Shown: positions 1 to 14,381 of the stretch, one piece after another
Position numbering within the stretch: the first letter of the stretch is position 1
Layout: each line of letters begins with the position of its first letter
Assembly: GCA_964658305.1 (NCBI GenBank)
Contig: OZ210884.1
Coordinates: 496,001 to 560,000, forward strand
DNA length: 64,000 bases
Reading direction: 5' to 3'
Origin: Leptogorgia sarmentosa
Taxonomy: Eukaryota
Program-made: the position numbers and the translations under genes
The notes under the pieces: generated by a model
The model's database searches: none
The model's input: the letters and a program-made list of their open reading frames with translations, nothing else
Told to the model about the DNA's origin: nothing

Positions 1-3000
1 GGCATTTGAAGAGTTTTAAAATTTCAAACTTTAGTCAAATTCATGATCATTTTAGACACATTTTCCAACTTCGTATGAACAAATCAAAATCATTATTATC
101 AATGTAAACACATTCTGTAGCATCACTGGAGGGAGATTTTTAGCATCTGAAGAGTTTTAAAATTTCAAACATTAGTCAAAATCATGATCATTTTCGACAC
201 ATTTTCCAACTTCGTACGAACAAATCAAAATCATTGTTATCAATGTAAACACACTCTACAACATCGCTATGGTGTGATTTTTGGCATTTGAAGAGTTTTA
301 AAATTTCAAACATTAGTCAAAATCATGATCATTTTCGACACATTTTCCAACTTCGCATGAACAAATGAAAATCATTATTATCAATGTAAACACACTATGC
401 AGCATCACTGGAGGGAGATTTTTAGCATCTGAAGAGTTTTAAAATTTCAAACATTAGTCAAAATGATGATCATTTTCGACACATTTTCCAACTTCGTACG
501 AAGAAATCAAAATCATTGTTATCTATGTAAACACACTCTGCAAGAACGCTAGAGTGTGATTTTAGGCATTTGAAGAGTTTTAAAATTTCAAACTTTAGTC
601 AAATTCATGATCATTTTAGACACATTTTCCAACTTCGTATGAACAAATCAAAATTATTATTATCAATATAAACACACTCTGCAGCATCACTGAAGGGAGA
701 TTTTTAGCATCTGAAGAGTTTTAAATTTTCAAACATTAGTCAAAATCATGATCATTTTCGACACATTTTCTAACTTCGTACGAACAAATCAAAATCATTG
801 TTATCAATGTAAACACACTCTGGAACATCGCTAGAGTGGGATTTTTGGCATTTGAAGAGTTTTAAAATTTGAAACATTAGTCAAAATCATGATCATTTTC
901 GACACATTTTCCAACTTCGTAATAACAAATCAAAATCATTATTATCAATGTAAACACACTCTGCAACATCGCTAGAGTGTGATTTTTGGCATTTGAAGAG
1001 TTTTAAAATTTCAAACTTTAGTCAAATTCATGATCATTTTTGACACATTTTCCAACTTCGTATGAACAAATCAAAATCATTATTATCAATGTAAACACAC
1101 TATGCAGCATCACTGGAGGGAGATTTTTAGCATCTGAAGAGTTTTAAAGTTTCAAACATTAGTCAAAATGATGATCATTTTCGACACATTTTCCAACTTA
1201 GTACGAACAAATCAAAATCATTGTTATCTATGTAAACACACTCTGCAAGAACGCTAGAGTGTGATTTTTGGCATTTGAAGAGTTTTAAAATTTCAAACTT
1301 TAGTCAAATTCATGATCATTTTAGACACATTTTCCAACTTCGTATGAACAAATCAAAATCATTATTATCAATGTAAACACATTCTGTAGCATCACTGGAG
1401 GGAGATTTTTAGCATCTGAAGAGTTTTAAAATTTCAAACATTAGTCAAAATCATGATCATTTTCGACACATTTTCCAACTTGGTACGAACAAATCAAAAT
1501 CATTGTTATCTATGTAAACACACTCTGCAAGAACGCTAGAGTGTGATTTTTGGCATTTGAAGAGTTTTAAAATTTCAAACTTTAGTCAAATTCATGATCA
1601 TTTTAGACACATTTTCCAACTTCGTATGAACAAATCAAAATCATTATTATCAATGTAAACACATTCTGTAGCATCACTGGAGGGAGATTTTTAGCATCTG
1701 AAGAGTTTTAAAATTTCAAACATTAGTCAAAATCATGATCATTTTCGACACATTTTCCAACTTCGTACGAACAAATCAAAATCATTGTTATCAATGTAAA
1801 CACACTCTACAACATCGCTATGGTGTGATTTTTGGCATTTGAAGAGTTTTAAAATTTCAAACATTAGTCAAAATCATGATCATTTTCGACACATTTTCCA
1901 ACTTCGTACGAACAAATCAAAATCATTGTTATCAATGTAAACACACTCTGCAACATCGCTAGAGTGTGATTTTTGGCATTTGAAGAGTTTCAAAATTTCA
2001 AACTTTAGTCAAATTCATGATCATTTTTGACACATTTTCCAACTTCGTATGAACAAATCAAAATCATTATTATCAATGTAAACACACTATGCAGCATCAC
2101 TGGAGGGAGATTTTTAGCATCTGAAGAGTTTTAAAATTTCAAACATTAGTCAAAATCATGATCATTTTCGACACATTTTCCAACTTCGTACGAACAAATC
2201 AAAATCATTGTTATCAATGTAAACACACTCTGCAGCATCACTGGAGGGAGATTTTTAGCATCTGAAGAGTTTTAAAATTTCAAACATTAGTCAAAATCAT
2301 GTTCATTTTCGACACGTTTTCCAACTTCGTATGAACAAATCAAAATCATTATTATCAATGTAAACACACTATGCAGCATCACTGGAGGGAGATTTTTAGG
2401 ATCTGAAGAGTTTTAAAATTTCAAACATTAGTCAAAATCATGATCATTTTCGACACATTTTCCAACTTCGTACGAACAAATCAAAATCATTGTTATCAAT
2501 GTAAACACACTCTGCAGCATCACTGGAGGGAGATTTTTAGCATCTGAAGAGTTTTAAAATTTCAAACATTAGTCAAAATCATGATCATTTTCGACACATT
2601 TTCCAACTTCGTACGAACAAATCAAAATCATTGTTATCAATGTAAACACACTCTGCAGCATCACTGGAGGGAGATTTTTAGCATCTGAAGAGTTTTAAAA
2701 TTTCAAACATTAGTCAAAATCATGCTCATTTTCGACACGTTTTCCAACTTCGTAGGAACATTTCAAAATCATTGTTATCAATGTAAACACACTCTGCAAC
2801 ATCGCTAGAGTGTGATTTTTGGCATTTGAAGAGTTTTAAAATTTCAAACTTTAGTCAAATTCATGATCATTTTTGACACATTTTCCAACTTCGTATGAAC
2901 AAATCAAAATCATTATTATCAATGTAAACACACTCTGCAGCATCACTGGAGGGAGATTTTTAGCATCTGAAGAGTTTTAAAATTTCAAACATTAGTCAAA

Positions 3001-5083
3001 ATCATGATCATTTTCGACACATTTTCCAACTTCGTACGAACAAATCAAAATCATTATTATCAATGTAAACACTCTGCAGCATCACTGGAAGGAGATTTTT
3101 AGCATCAGAAGAGTTTTAAAATTTCAAACATTAGTCAAAATCATGCTCATTTTCGACACATTTTCCAACTTCGTACGAACAAATCAAAATCATTGTTATC
3201 AATGTAAACACACTCTGCAACATCGCAAGAGTGTGATTTTTGGCATTTGAAGAGTTTTAAAATTTCAAACTTTAGTCAAATTCATGATCATTTTTGACAC
3301 ATTTTCCAACTTCGTATGAACAAATCAAAATCATTATTATCAATGTAAACACACTCTGCAGCATCACTGGAGGGAGATTTTTAGCATCTGAAGAGTTTTA
3401 AAATTTCAAACATTAGTCAAAATCATGATCATTTTCGACACATTTTCCAACTTCGTACGAACAAATCAAAATCATTGTTATCAATGTAAACACACTCTGC
3501 AACATCGCTAGAGTGTGATTTTTGGCATTTGAAGAGTTTTAAAATTTCAAACTTTAGTCAAATTCATGATCATTTTTGACACATTTTCCAACTTCGTATG
3601 AACAAATCAAAATCATTATTATCAATGTAAACACACTCTGCAGCATCACTGGAGGGAGATTTTTAGGATCTGAAGAGTTTTAAAATTTCAAACATTAGTC
3701 AAAATCATGATCATTTTCGACACATTTTCCAACTTCGTACGAACAAATCAAAATCATTGTTATCAATGTAAACACACTCTGCAACATCGCTAGAGTGTGA
3801 TTTTTGGCATTTGAAGAGTTTTAAAATTTCAAACTTTAGTCAAATTCATGATCATTTTTGACAAATTTTCCAACTTCGTATGAACAAATCAAAATCATTA
3901 TTATCAATGTAAACACACTCTGCAGCATCACTGGAGGGAGATTTTTAGCATCTGAAGAGTTTTAAAATTTCAAACATTAGTCAAAATCATGCTCATTTTC
4001 GACACATTTTCCAACTACGTACGAACAAATCAAAATCATTGTTATCAATGTAAACACACTCTGCAACATCGCTAAGGTGTTATTTTTGGCATTTGAAGAG
4101 TTTTAAAATTTCAAACTTTAGTCAAATTCATGATCATTTTTGACACATTTCCCAACTTCGTGTGAACAAATCAAAATCATAATTATCAATGTAAACACAC
4201 TCTGCAACATCGCTAGAGTGTGATTTTTGGCATTTGAAGAGTTTTAAAATTTCAAACTTTATTCAAATTTCATTTTTGACACATTTTCCAACTTCGTATG
4301 AACAAATCAAAATCATTATTATCAATGTAAACACACTCTGCAGCATCACTGGAGGGAGATTTTTAGCATCTGAAGAGTTTTAAAATTTCAAACATTAGTC
4401 AAAATCATGATCATTTTCGACACATTTTCCAACTTCGTACGAACAAATGAAAATCATTGTTATCAATGTAAACACACTCTGCAACATCGCTAGAGTGTGA
4501 TTTTTGGCATTTGAAGAGTTTTAAAATTTCAAACTTTATTCAAATTCATGATCATTTTTGACACATTTTCCAACTTCGTATGAACAAATCAAAATCATTA
4601 TTATCAATGTAAACACACTCTGCAGCATCACTGGAGGGAGATTTTTAGCATCTGAAGAGTTTTAAAATTTCAAACTTTAGTCAAATTCATGATCATTTTT
4701 GACAAATTTTGCAACTTCGTATGAACAAATCAAAATCATTATTATCAATGTAAACACACTCTGCAGCATCACTGGAGGGAGATTTTTGGCATTTGAAGAG
4801 TTTTAAAATTTCAAACAGTCAAAATCATGATCATTTTCGACACATGTTACAACTTCGTACGAACAAATCAATCTCATTGTTATCAGTGTAAACACACTCT
4901 GCAACATCGCTAGAGTGTGATTTTTGGCATTTGAAGAGTTTTAAAATTTCAAACTTTAGTCAAATTCATGATCATTTTTGACAAATTTTCCAACTTCGTA
5001 TGAATAAATCAAAATCATTATTATCAATGTAAACACACTCTGCAGCATCACTGGAGGGAGATTTTTAGCATCTGAAGAGTTTT
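1..5083. repeat. AT-rich tandem satellite A, 141-bp monomer, mostly A/B alternating (282-bp dimer); continues beyond the window start
   Basis: Equivalent (G/A)GCAT(T/C)TGAAGAGTTTTAAAATTTCAAAC starts at 1, 142 and 283 (period 141). Two monomer types: GCAGCATCACTGGAGGGAGATTTTTAGCATCTG and GCAACATCGCTAGAGTGTGATTTTTGGCATTTG. About 36 monomers. Confidence 0.97.
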
Positions 5084-5096
5084 TTCTAAATTCCGT

Positions 5097-8000
5097 AGGA
5101 ATCTCAACAGGAGCAATAGCAAATATACCATACCAGGTGCAGGGACTTGATTGCTTCTGTGGCTTCCATTTTGAATGATGTCGCCAACCAAGTTTATCAT
5201 GCACATTCACCATGTCAAAAGCAATGTGCAGCGAATGTTTCGTAAACCTGGGATAAAAATACGAGCAAGGGCATGATGATGGGTAACCCGTTGTTTCAAA
5301 GGAATCTCAACAGGAGCAATAGCAAATATACCATACCAGGTGAAGGGACTTGATTGCTTCTGTGGCCTCCATTTTGAATGGTGTTGCCACCAAATTTACC
5401 ATGCCTATTCACCATGCCAAGGGCAATGTGCAGCGAAAATGTCGTAAACCTGTGATAAAATGACGAGCAAGGGCATGATGATGGATAACCCGTTGTTTCA
5501 AAGGAATCTCAACAGGAGCAATAGCAAATATACCATACCAGGTGAAGGGAATTGATTGCTTCCGTGGCTTCCATTTTGAATGGTGTCGCCACCAAATTTA
5601 CCATGCGTATTCACCCTGCCACCGGGGCAATGTCCAGCGAAAATTTCGTAAACCTGTGATAAACATACGAGCAAGGGCATGATGATGGGTAACCCGTTGT
5701 TTCAAAGGAATCTCAACAGTAGCAATGGCAAATATACCATACCAGGTGAAGGGACTTGATTGCTTCTGTGGCTTCCATTTTGAATGGTGTCGCCACCAAA
5801 TTTACCATGCGTATTCACCCTGCCACGGGGGCAATGTCCAGCGAAAACTTCGGAACCTGTGATAAAAATACGAGCAAGGGCATGATGATGGGCAACCCGT
5901 TGTTTCAAAGGAATCTCAACAGGAGCAATAGCAAATATACCATACCAGGCGAAGGGACTTGATTGCATCTGTGGCTTCCAATTGCATGGTGTCGGCACAA
6001 CATTTACCATGCCTATTCACCATCCCAAGGGTAATGTGCAGCGAAAATTTCGTAAACCTGTGATAAAAATACGAGCAAGGGCATGATGATGGGTAACCCG
6101 TTGTTTCAAAGGAATCTCAACAGTAGCAATAGCAAATATACCATACCAGGTGAAGGGACTTGATTGCATCTGTGGCTTCCAATTGCATGGTGTCGGCACA
6201 AAATTTACCATGCCTATTCACCATCCCAAGGGTAATGTGCAGCGAAAATTTCGTAAACCTGTGATAAAAATACGAGCAAGGGCATGATGATGGGTAACCC
6301 GTTGTTTCAAAGGAATCTCAACAGGAGCAATAGCAAATATACCATACCAGGTGAAGGGACTTGATTGCTTCTGTGGCTTCCATTTTGAATGGTGTCTCCA
6401 CCAAATTTACCATGCCCATTCGCCATGCCAAGGGCAATCTGCAGCGAAAATTTCGTAAACCTCAGAAAAAAATACGAGAAAGGGCATCATGATGGGTAAC
6501 CCGTTGTTTCAACGAATCTCAACAGGAGCAATAGCAAATATACCATACCAGGTGAAGGGACTTGATTGCTTCTGTGATTTCCATTTTGAATGGTGTCGCC
6601 ACCAAATTTACTATGCGTATTCACCATGCCATGGGCAATGTGCAGCGAAAATTTCGTAAACCTGTGATAAAAATACGAGCAAGGGCATCATGATGGGTAA
6701 CCCGTTGTTTCAACGAATCTCAACAGGAGCAATAGCAAATATACCATACCAGGTGAAGGGACTTGATTGCTTCTGTGGCCTCCATTTTGAATGGTATCGG
6801 CACCAAATTTACCATGCCCATTCACCATGACAAGGGCAATGTGCAACGAATGTTTCGAAAACCTGGGATAAAAATACGAGCAAGCGCATGATAATGGGTA
6901 ACCCGTTGTTTCAAAGGAATCTCAACAGGAGCAATAGCAAATATACCATACCAGGTGAAGGGACTTAATTGCTTCTGTGGCTTCCATTGTGAATGGTGTC
7001 GCCACCAAATTTACCCTGCCTATTCCCCACACAAAGGCAATGTTCAGTGAAAATTTCGTAAACCTGTGATAAAATTACGAGCAAGGGCATGATGATGGGT
7101 AACCCGTTGTTTCAAAGGAATCTCAACAGGAGCAATAGCAAATATACCATACCAGGTGAAGGGACTTGATTGCTTCTGTGGCCTCCATTTTGAATGGTGT
7201 TGCCACCAAATTTACCATGCCTATTCACCATGCCAAGGGCAATGTGCAGCGAAAATGTTGTAAACCTGTTATAAAATGACGTGCAAGGGCATGATGGTGG
7301 GTAACCCGTTGTTTCAAAGGAATCTCAACAGGAGCAATAGCAAATATACCATACCAGGTGAAGGGACTTGATTGCTTCTGTGGCTTCCATTTTGAATGTT
7401 GTCGCAACCAAATTTACCATGCGTATTCACCCTGCCACGGGGGCAATGTCCAGCGAAAATGTCGTAAACCTGGGATAAAAATACGAGCAAGGGCATGATG
7501 ATGGGTAACCCGTTGTTGCAAAGGAATCTCAACCGGAGCAATGGCAAATATACCATACAAGGTGAAGGAACTTGATTGCTTCTGTGGCTTCCATTTTGAA
7601 TGGTGTCGCCACCAAATTTACCATGCGTATTCACCATGCCAAGGAAATGTGCAGCGAAATTTTCGTAAACCTGAGATAAAAATACGAGCAAGGGCATGAT
7701 GGTGGGTAACCCGTTGTTTCAAAGGAATCTCAACAGGAGCAATAGCAAATATACCATACCAGGTGAAGGGACTTGATTGCTTCTGTGGCTTCCATTTTGA
7801 ATGTTGTCGCAACCAAATTTACCATGCGTATTCACCCTGCCACGGGGGCAAAGTCCAGCGAAAATTTGGTAAACCTGTGATAAAAATACGAGCAAGGGCA
7901 TGATGATGGGTAACCCCTTGCTTCAAAGGAATCTCAACAGGAGCAATAGCAAATATACCATACCAGGTGAAGGGATTTGATTGCTTCTGTGGCTTCCATT

Positions 8001-11000
8001 TTGAATGATGTCGCCAACCAAATTTATCATGCGCACTCACCATGTCAAGAGCAATGTGCAGCGAATGTTTCGTAAACCTGAGATAAAAATACGAGCAAGG
8101 GCATGATGATGGGTAACCCGTTGTTTCAAAGGAATCTCAACAGGAGCAATAGCAAATATACCATACCAGGTGAAGGGACATGATTGCTTCTGTGGTTTCC
8201 ATTTTGAATGGTGTCGTCACCAAATTTACCATGCGTATTCACCCTGCCACGGGGGCAATGTCCAGCGAAAACTTCGTAACCTGTGATAAAAATACGAGCA
8301 AGGGCATGATGATGGGTAACCCGTTGTTTCAAAGGAATCTCAACAGTAGCAATAGCAAATATACCATACCAGGCGAAGGAACTTGATTGCTTCTGTGATT
8401 TCCATTTTGAATGGTGCCGCCACAAAATTTACTATGCGTATTCACCATGCCAAGGGCAATGTGCAGCGAAAATTTCGTAAACCTGTGATAAAAATACGAG
8501 CAAGGGCATGATGATGGGTAACCCGTTGTTTCAAAGGAATCTCAACAGTAGCAATAGCAAATATACCATACCAGGCGAAGGAACTTGATTGCTTCTGTGA
8601 TTTCCATTTTGAATGGTGCCGCCACAAAATTTACTATGCGTATTCACCATGCCAAGGGCAATGTGCAGCGAAAATTTCGTAAACCTGTGATAAAAATACG
8701 AGCAAGGGCATGATGATGGGTAACCCGTTGTTTCAACGAATCTCAACAGTAGCAATAGCAAATATACCATACCAGGTGTAGGAACTTGATTGCTTCTGTG
8801 GCTTCCATTTTGAATGTTGTCGCAACCAAATTTACCATGCGTATTCACCCTGCCACGGGGGCAATGTCCAGCGAAAATTTGGTAAACCTATGATAAAAAT
8901 ACGAGCAAGGGCATGATGATGGGTAACCCCTTGTTTCAAAGAAATCTCAACAGGAGCGATAGCAAATATACCATACCAGGTGAAGGGAATTGATTGCTTC
9001 CGTGGCTTCCATTTTGAATGGTGTCGCCACCAAATTTACCATGCGTATTCACCCTGCCACGGGGGCAATGTCCAGCGAAAACTTCGAAAACCTGTGATAA
9101 ATATTCGAGCAAGGACATGATGATGGGTAACCCGTTGTTTCAAAGGAAGCTCAACAGTAGCAATAGCAAATATACCATACCAGGTGAAGGGACTTGATTG
9201 CTTCTGGGATTTCCATTTTGAATGGTGTCGCCACCCAATTTACTATGCGTATTCACCATGCCAAGGGCAATGTGCAGCGAAAATGTCGTAAACCCGTGAT
9301 AAAAATACGAGCAAGGCCATCATGATGGGTAACCCGTTGTTTCAAAGGAATCTCAACAGTAGCAATAGCAAATATACCATACCAGGTGAAGGGACTTGAT
9401 TGCTTCTGTGGCTTCCATTTTGAATGGTGTCGCCACGAAATTTACCATGCCCATTCACCATGCCAAGGGCAATGCGTAGCGAAAATTTCGTAAACCTGTG
9501 ATAAAATGACGAGCAAGGGCATGATGATGGGTAACCCGTTGTTTCAAAGGAATCTCAACAGGAGCAATAGCAAATATACCATACCAGGTGAAGGAACTTG
9601 ATTGCTTCTGTGGCTTCCATTTTGCAAGCTGTCGTCACCAAATTGGCATGCGTATTCACCCTGCCACGGGGGCAATGTCCTGCGAAAATGTCGTAAACCT
9701 GTGATAAAAATACGAGCAAGGGTATGATGATGGGTAACCCGTTATTTCATAGGAATCTCAACAGTAGCATTAGCAAATAGACCATACCAGGTGAAGGGAC
9801 TTGATTGCTTCTGTGGCTTCCATTTTGAATGGTGTCGCCACCAAATTTACCATGCCTATTCACCATGCCAAGGGCAATGTGCAGCGAAAATGTCGTAAAC
9901 CTGTGATAAAATGACGAGCAAGGGCATGATGATGTATAACCCGTTGTTTCAAAGGAATCTCAACAGGAGCAATAGCAAATATACCATACCAGGTGAAGGG
10001 ACTTGATTGCTTCTGTGGCTTCCATTTTGAATGTTGTCGCAACCAAATTTACCATGCGTATTCACCCTGCCACGGGGGCAATGTCCAGCAAAAATTTGGT
10101 AAACCTGTGATAAAAATACGAGCAAGGGCATGATGATGGGTAACCCGTTGTTTCAAAGGAATCTCAACAGGAGCAATTGCAAATATACCATACCAGGTGA
10201 AGGGACATGATTGCTTCTGTGGCTTCCATTTTGAATGGTGTCGCCACCAAATTTACCATGCCCATTCGCCATGCCAAGGGCAATCTGCAGCGAAAATTTC
10301 GTAAACCTCAGAAAAAAATACGAGAAAGGGCATCATGATGGGTAACCCGTTGTTTCAACGAATCTCAACAGGAGCAATAGCAAATATACCATACCAGGTG
10401 AAGGGACTTGATTGCTTCTGTGATTTCCATTTTGAATGGTGTCGCCACCAAATTTACTATGCGTATTCACCATGCCATGGGCAATGTGCAGCGAAAATTT
10501 CGTAAACCTGTGATAAAAATACGAGCAAGGGCATCATGATGGGTAACCCGTTGTTTCAACGAATCTCAACAGGAGCAATAGCAAATATACCATACCAGGT
10601 GAAGGGACTTGATTGCTTCTGTGGCTTCCATTTTGAATGGTATCGGCACCAAATTTACCATGCCCATTCACCATGACAAGGGCAATGTGCAACGAATGTT
10701 TCGAAAACCTGGGATAAAAATACGAGCAAGCGCATGATAATGGGTAACCCGTTGTTTCAAAGGAATCTCAACAGGAGCAATAGCAAATATACCATACCAG
10801 GTGAAGGGACTTAATTGCTTCTGTGGCTTCCATTGTGAATGGTGTCGCCACCAAATTTACCCTGCCTATTCCCCACACAAAGGCAATGTTCAGTGAAAAT
10901 TTCGTAAACCTGTGATAAAATTACGAGCAAGGGCATGATGATGGGTAACCCGTTGTTTCAAAGGAATCTCAACAGGAGCAATAGCAAATATACCATACCA

Positions 11001-14000
11001 GGTGAAGGGACTTGATTGCTTCTGTGGCCTCCATTTTGAATGGTGTTGCCACCAAATTTACCATGCCTATTCACCATGCCAAGGGCAATGTGCAGCGAAA
11101 ATGTTGTAAACCTGTTATAAAATGACGTGCAAGGGCATGATGGTGGGTAACCCGTTGTTTCAAAGGAATCTCAACAGGAGCAATAGCAAATATACCATAC
11201 CAGGTGAAGGGACTTGATTGCTTCTGTGGCTTCCATTTTGAATGTTGTCGCAACCAAATTTACCATGCGTATTCACCCTGCCACGGGGGCAATGTCCAGC
11301 GAAAATGTCGTAAACCTGGGATAAAAATACGAGCAAGGCCATGATGATGGGTAACCCGTTGTTGCAAAGGAATCTCAACCGGAGCAATGGCAAATATACC
11401 ATACAAGGTGAAGGAACTTGATTGCTTCTGTGGCTTCCATTTTGAATGGTGTCGCCACCAAATTTACCATGCGTATTCACCATGCCAAGGAAATGTGCAG
11501 CGAAATTTTCGTAAACCTGAGATAAAAATACGAGCAAGGGCATGATGGTGGGTAACCCGTTGTTTCAAAGGAATCTCAACAGGAGCAATAGCAAATATAC
11601 CATACCAGGTGAAGGGACTTGATTGCTTCTGTGGCTTCCATTTTGAATGTTGTCGCAACCAAATTTACCATGCGTATTCACCCTGCCACGGGGGCAAAGT
11701 CCAGCGAAAATTTGGTAAACCTGTGATAAAAATACGAGCAAGGGCATGATGATGGGTAACCCCTTGCTTCAAAGGAATCTCAACAGGAGCAATAGCAAAT
11801 ATACCATACCAGGTGAAGGGATTTGATTGCTTCTGTGGCTTCCATTTTGAATGATGTCGCCAACCAAATTTATCATGCGCACTCACCATGTCAAGAGCAA
11901 TGTGCAGCGAATGTTTCGTAAACCTGAGATAAAAATACGAGCAAGGGCATGATGATGGGTAACCCGTTGTTTCAAAGGAATCTCAACAGGAGCAATAGCA
12001 AATATACCATACCAGGTGAAGGGACATGATTGCTTCTGTGGTTTCCATTTTGAATGGTGTCGTCACCAAATTTACCATGCGTATTCACCCTGCCACGGGG
12101 GCAATGTCCAGCGAAAACTTCGTAACCTGTGATAAAAATACGAGCAAGGGCATGATGATGGGTAACCCGTTGTTTCAAAGGAATCTCAACAGTAGCAATA
12201 GCAAATATACCATACCAGGCGAAGGAACTTGATTGCTTCTGTGATTTCCATTTTGAATGGTGCCGCCACAAAATTTACTATGCGTATTCACCATGCCAAG
12301 GGCAATGTGCAGCGAAAATTTCGTAAACCTGTGATAAAAATACGAGCAAGGGCATGATGATGGGTAACCCGTTGTTTCAACGAATCTCAACAGTAGCAAT
12401 AGCAAATATACCATACCAGGTGTAGGAACTTGATTGCTTCTGTGGCTTCCATTTTGAATGTTGTCGCAACCAAATTTACCATGCGTATTCACCCTGCCAC
12501 GGGGGCAATGTCCAGCGAAAATTTGGTAAACCTATGATAAAAATACGAGCAAGGGCATGATGATGGGTAACCCCTTGTTTCAAAGAAATCTCAACAGGAG
12601 CGATAGCAAATATACCATACCAGGTGAAGGGAATTGATTGCTTCCGTGGCTTCCATTTTGAATGGTGTCGCCACCAAATTTACCATGCGTATTCACCCTG
12701 CCACGGGGGCAATGTCCAGCGAAAACTTCGAAAACCTGTGATAAATATTCGAGCAAGGACATGATGATGGGTAACCCGTTGTTTCAAAGGAAGCTCAACA
12801 GTAGCAATAGCAAATATACCATACCAGGTGAAGGGACTTGATTGCTTCTGGGATTTCCATTTTGAATGGTGTCGCCACCCAATTTACTATGCGTATTCAC
12901 CATGCCAAGGGCAATGTGCAGCGAAAATGTCGTAAACCCGTGATAAAAATACGAGCAAGGCCATCATGATGGGTAACCCGTTGTTTCAAAGGAATCTCAA
13001 CAGTAGCAATAGCAAATATACCATACCAGGTGAAGGGACTTGATTGCTTCTGTGGCTTCCATTTTGAATGGTGTCGCCACGAAATTTACCATGCCCATTC
13101 ACCATGCCAAGGGCAATGCGTAGCGAAAATTTCGTAAACCTGTGATAAAATGACGAGCAAGGGCATGATGATGGGTAACCCGTTGTTTCAAAGGAATCTC
13201 AACAGGAGCAATAGCAAATATACCATACCAGGTGAAGGAACTTGATTGCTTCTGTGGCTTCCATTTTGCAAGCTGTCGTCACCAAATTGGCATGCGTATT
13301 CACCCTGCCACGGGGGCAATGTCCAGCGAAAATGTCGTAAACCTGTGATAAAAATACGAGCAAGGGTATGATGATGGGTAACCCGTTATTTCATAGGAAT
13401 CTCAACAGTAGCATTAGCAAATAGACCATACCAGGTGAAGGGACTTGATTGCTTCTGTGGCTTCCATTTTGAATGGTGTCGCCACCAAATTTACCATGCC
13501 TATTCACCATGCCAAGGGCAATGTGCAGCGAAAATGTCGTAAACCTGTGATAAAATGACGAGCAAGGGCATGATGATGTATAACCCGTTGTTTCAAAGGA
13601 ATCTCAACAGGAGCAATAGCAAATATACCATACCAGGTGAAGGGACTTGATTGCTTCTGTGGCTTCCATTTTGAATGTTGTCGCAACCAAATTTACCATG
13701 CGTATTCACCCTGCCACGGGGGCAATGTCCAGCAAAAATTTGGTAAACCTGTGATAAAAATACGAGCAAGGGCATGATGATGGGTAACCCGTTGTTTCAA
13801 AGGAATCTCAACAGGAGCAATTGCAAATATACCATACCAGGTGAAGGGACATGATTGCTTCTGTGGCTTCCATTTTGAATGGTGTCGCCACCAAATTTAC
13901 CATGCGTATTCACCCTGCCACGGGGGCAATGTCCAGCGAAAACTTCGTAACCTGTGATAAAAATACGAGCAAGGGCATGATGATGGATAACCCGTTGTTT

Positions 14001-14381
14001 CAAAGGAATCTCAACAGGAGCAACAGCAAATATACCATACCAGGTGAAGGGACTTGATTGCATCTGTGGCTTCCAATTGCATGGTGTCGGCACAAAATTT
14101 ACCATGCCTATTCACCATCCCAAGGGTAATGTGCAGCGAAAATTTCGTAAACCTGTGATAAATATACGAGCAAGGGCATGATGATGGGTAACCCCTTGTT
14201 TCAAAGAAATCTCAACAGGAGCAATAGCAAATATACCATACAAGGTGAAGGAACTTGATTGCTTCTGTGGCTTCCATTTTGAATGGTGTTGCCACCACAT
14301 TTTCCATGCGTATTCACCATGCCAAGGGCAATGTGCAGCGAAAATTTCGTAAACCTGTGATAAAAATACCAGCAAGGGCAT
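5097..14381. repeat. Tandem satellite B, left domain (201-204-bp monomers)
   Basis: The unit AGGAATCTCAACAGGAGCAATAGCAAATATACCATACCAGGTGAAGGGACTTGATTGC...GGGTAACCCGTTGTTTCAA recurs at 5097, 5300, 5502 and 5706. Includes a +2-bp variant CACCCTGCCACGGGGGCAATGTCCAGC. Confidence 0.97.

Noticed and set aside
147..186. Hammerhead-ribozyme look-alike in satellite A (CTGAAGAG...CAAACATTAGTC), suggesting a retrozyme-type repeat
   Set aside because: The essential GAAA is CAAA, stems I and II do not pair in the required register, and B monomers have TTGAAGA. The one GAAAC copy (~871) lacks CTGA. An Infernal search with hammerhead models would settle it.
1..14381. Common origin of satellites A and B (shared AAAATTTC..AAAC, TTCGTA, CATGAT, GTAAAC words)
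   Set aside because: Matches are short, AT-rich and not collinear in spacing; unit length and GC content differ.
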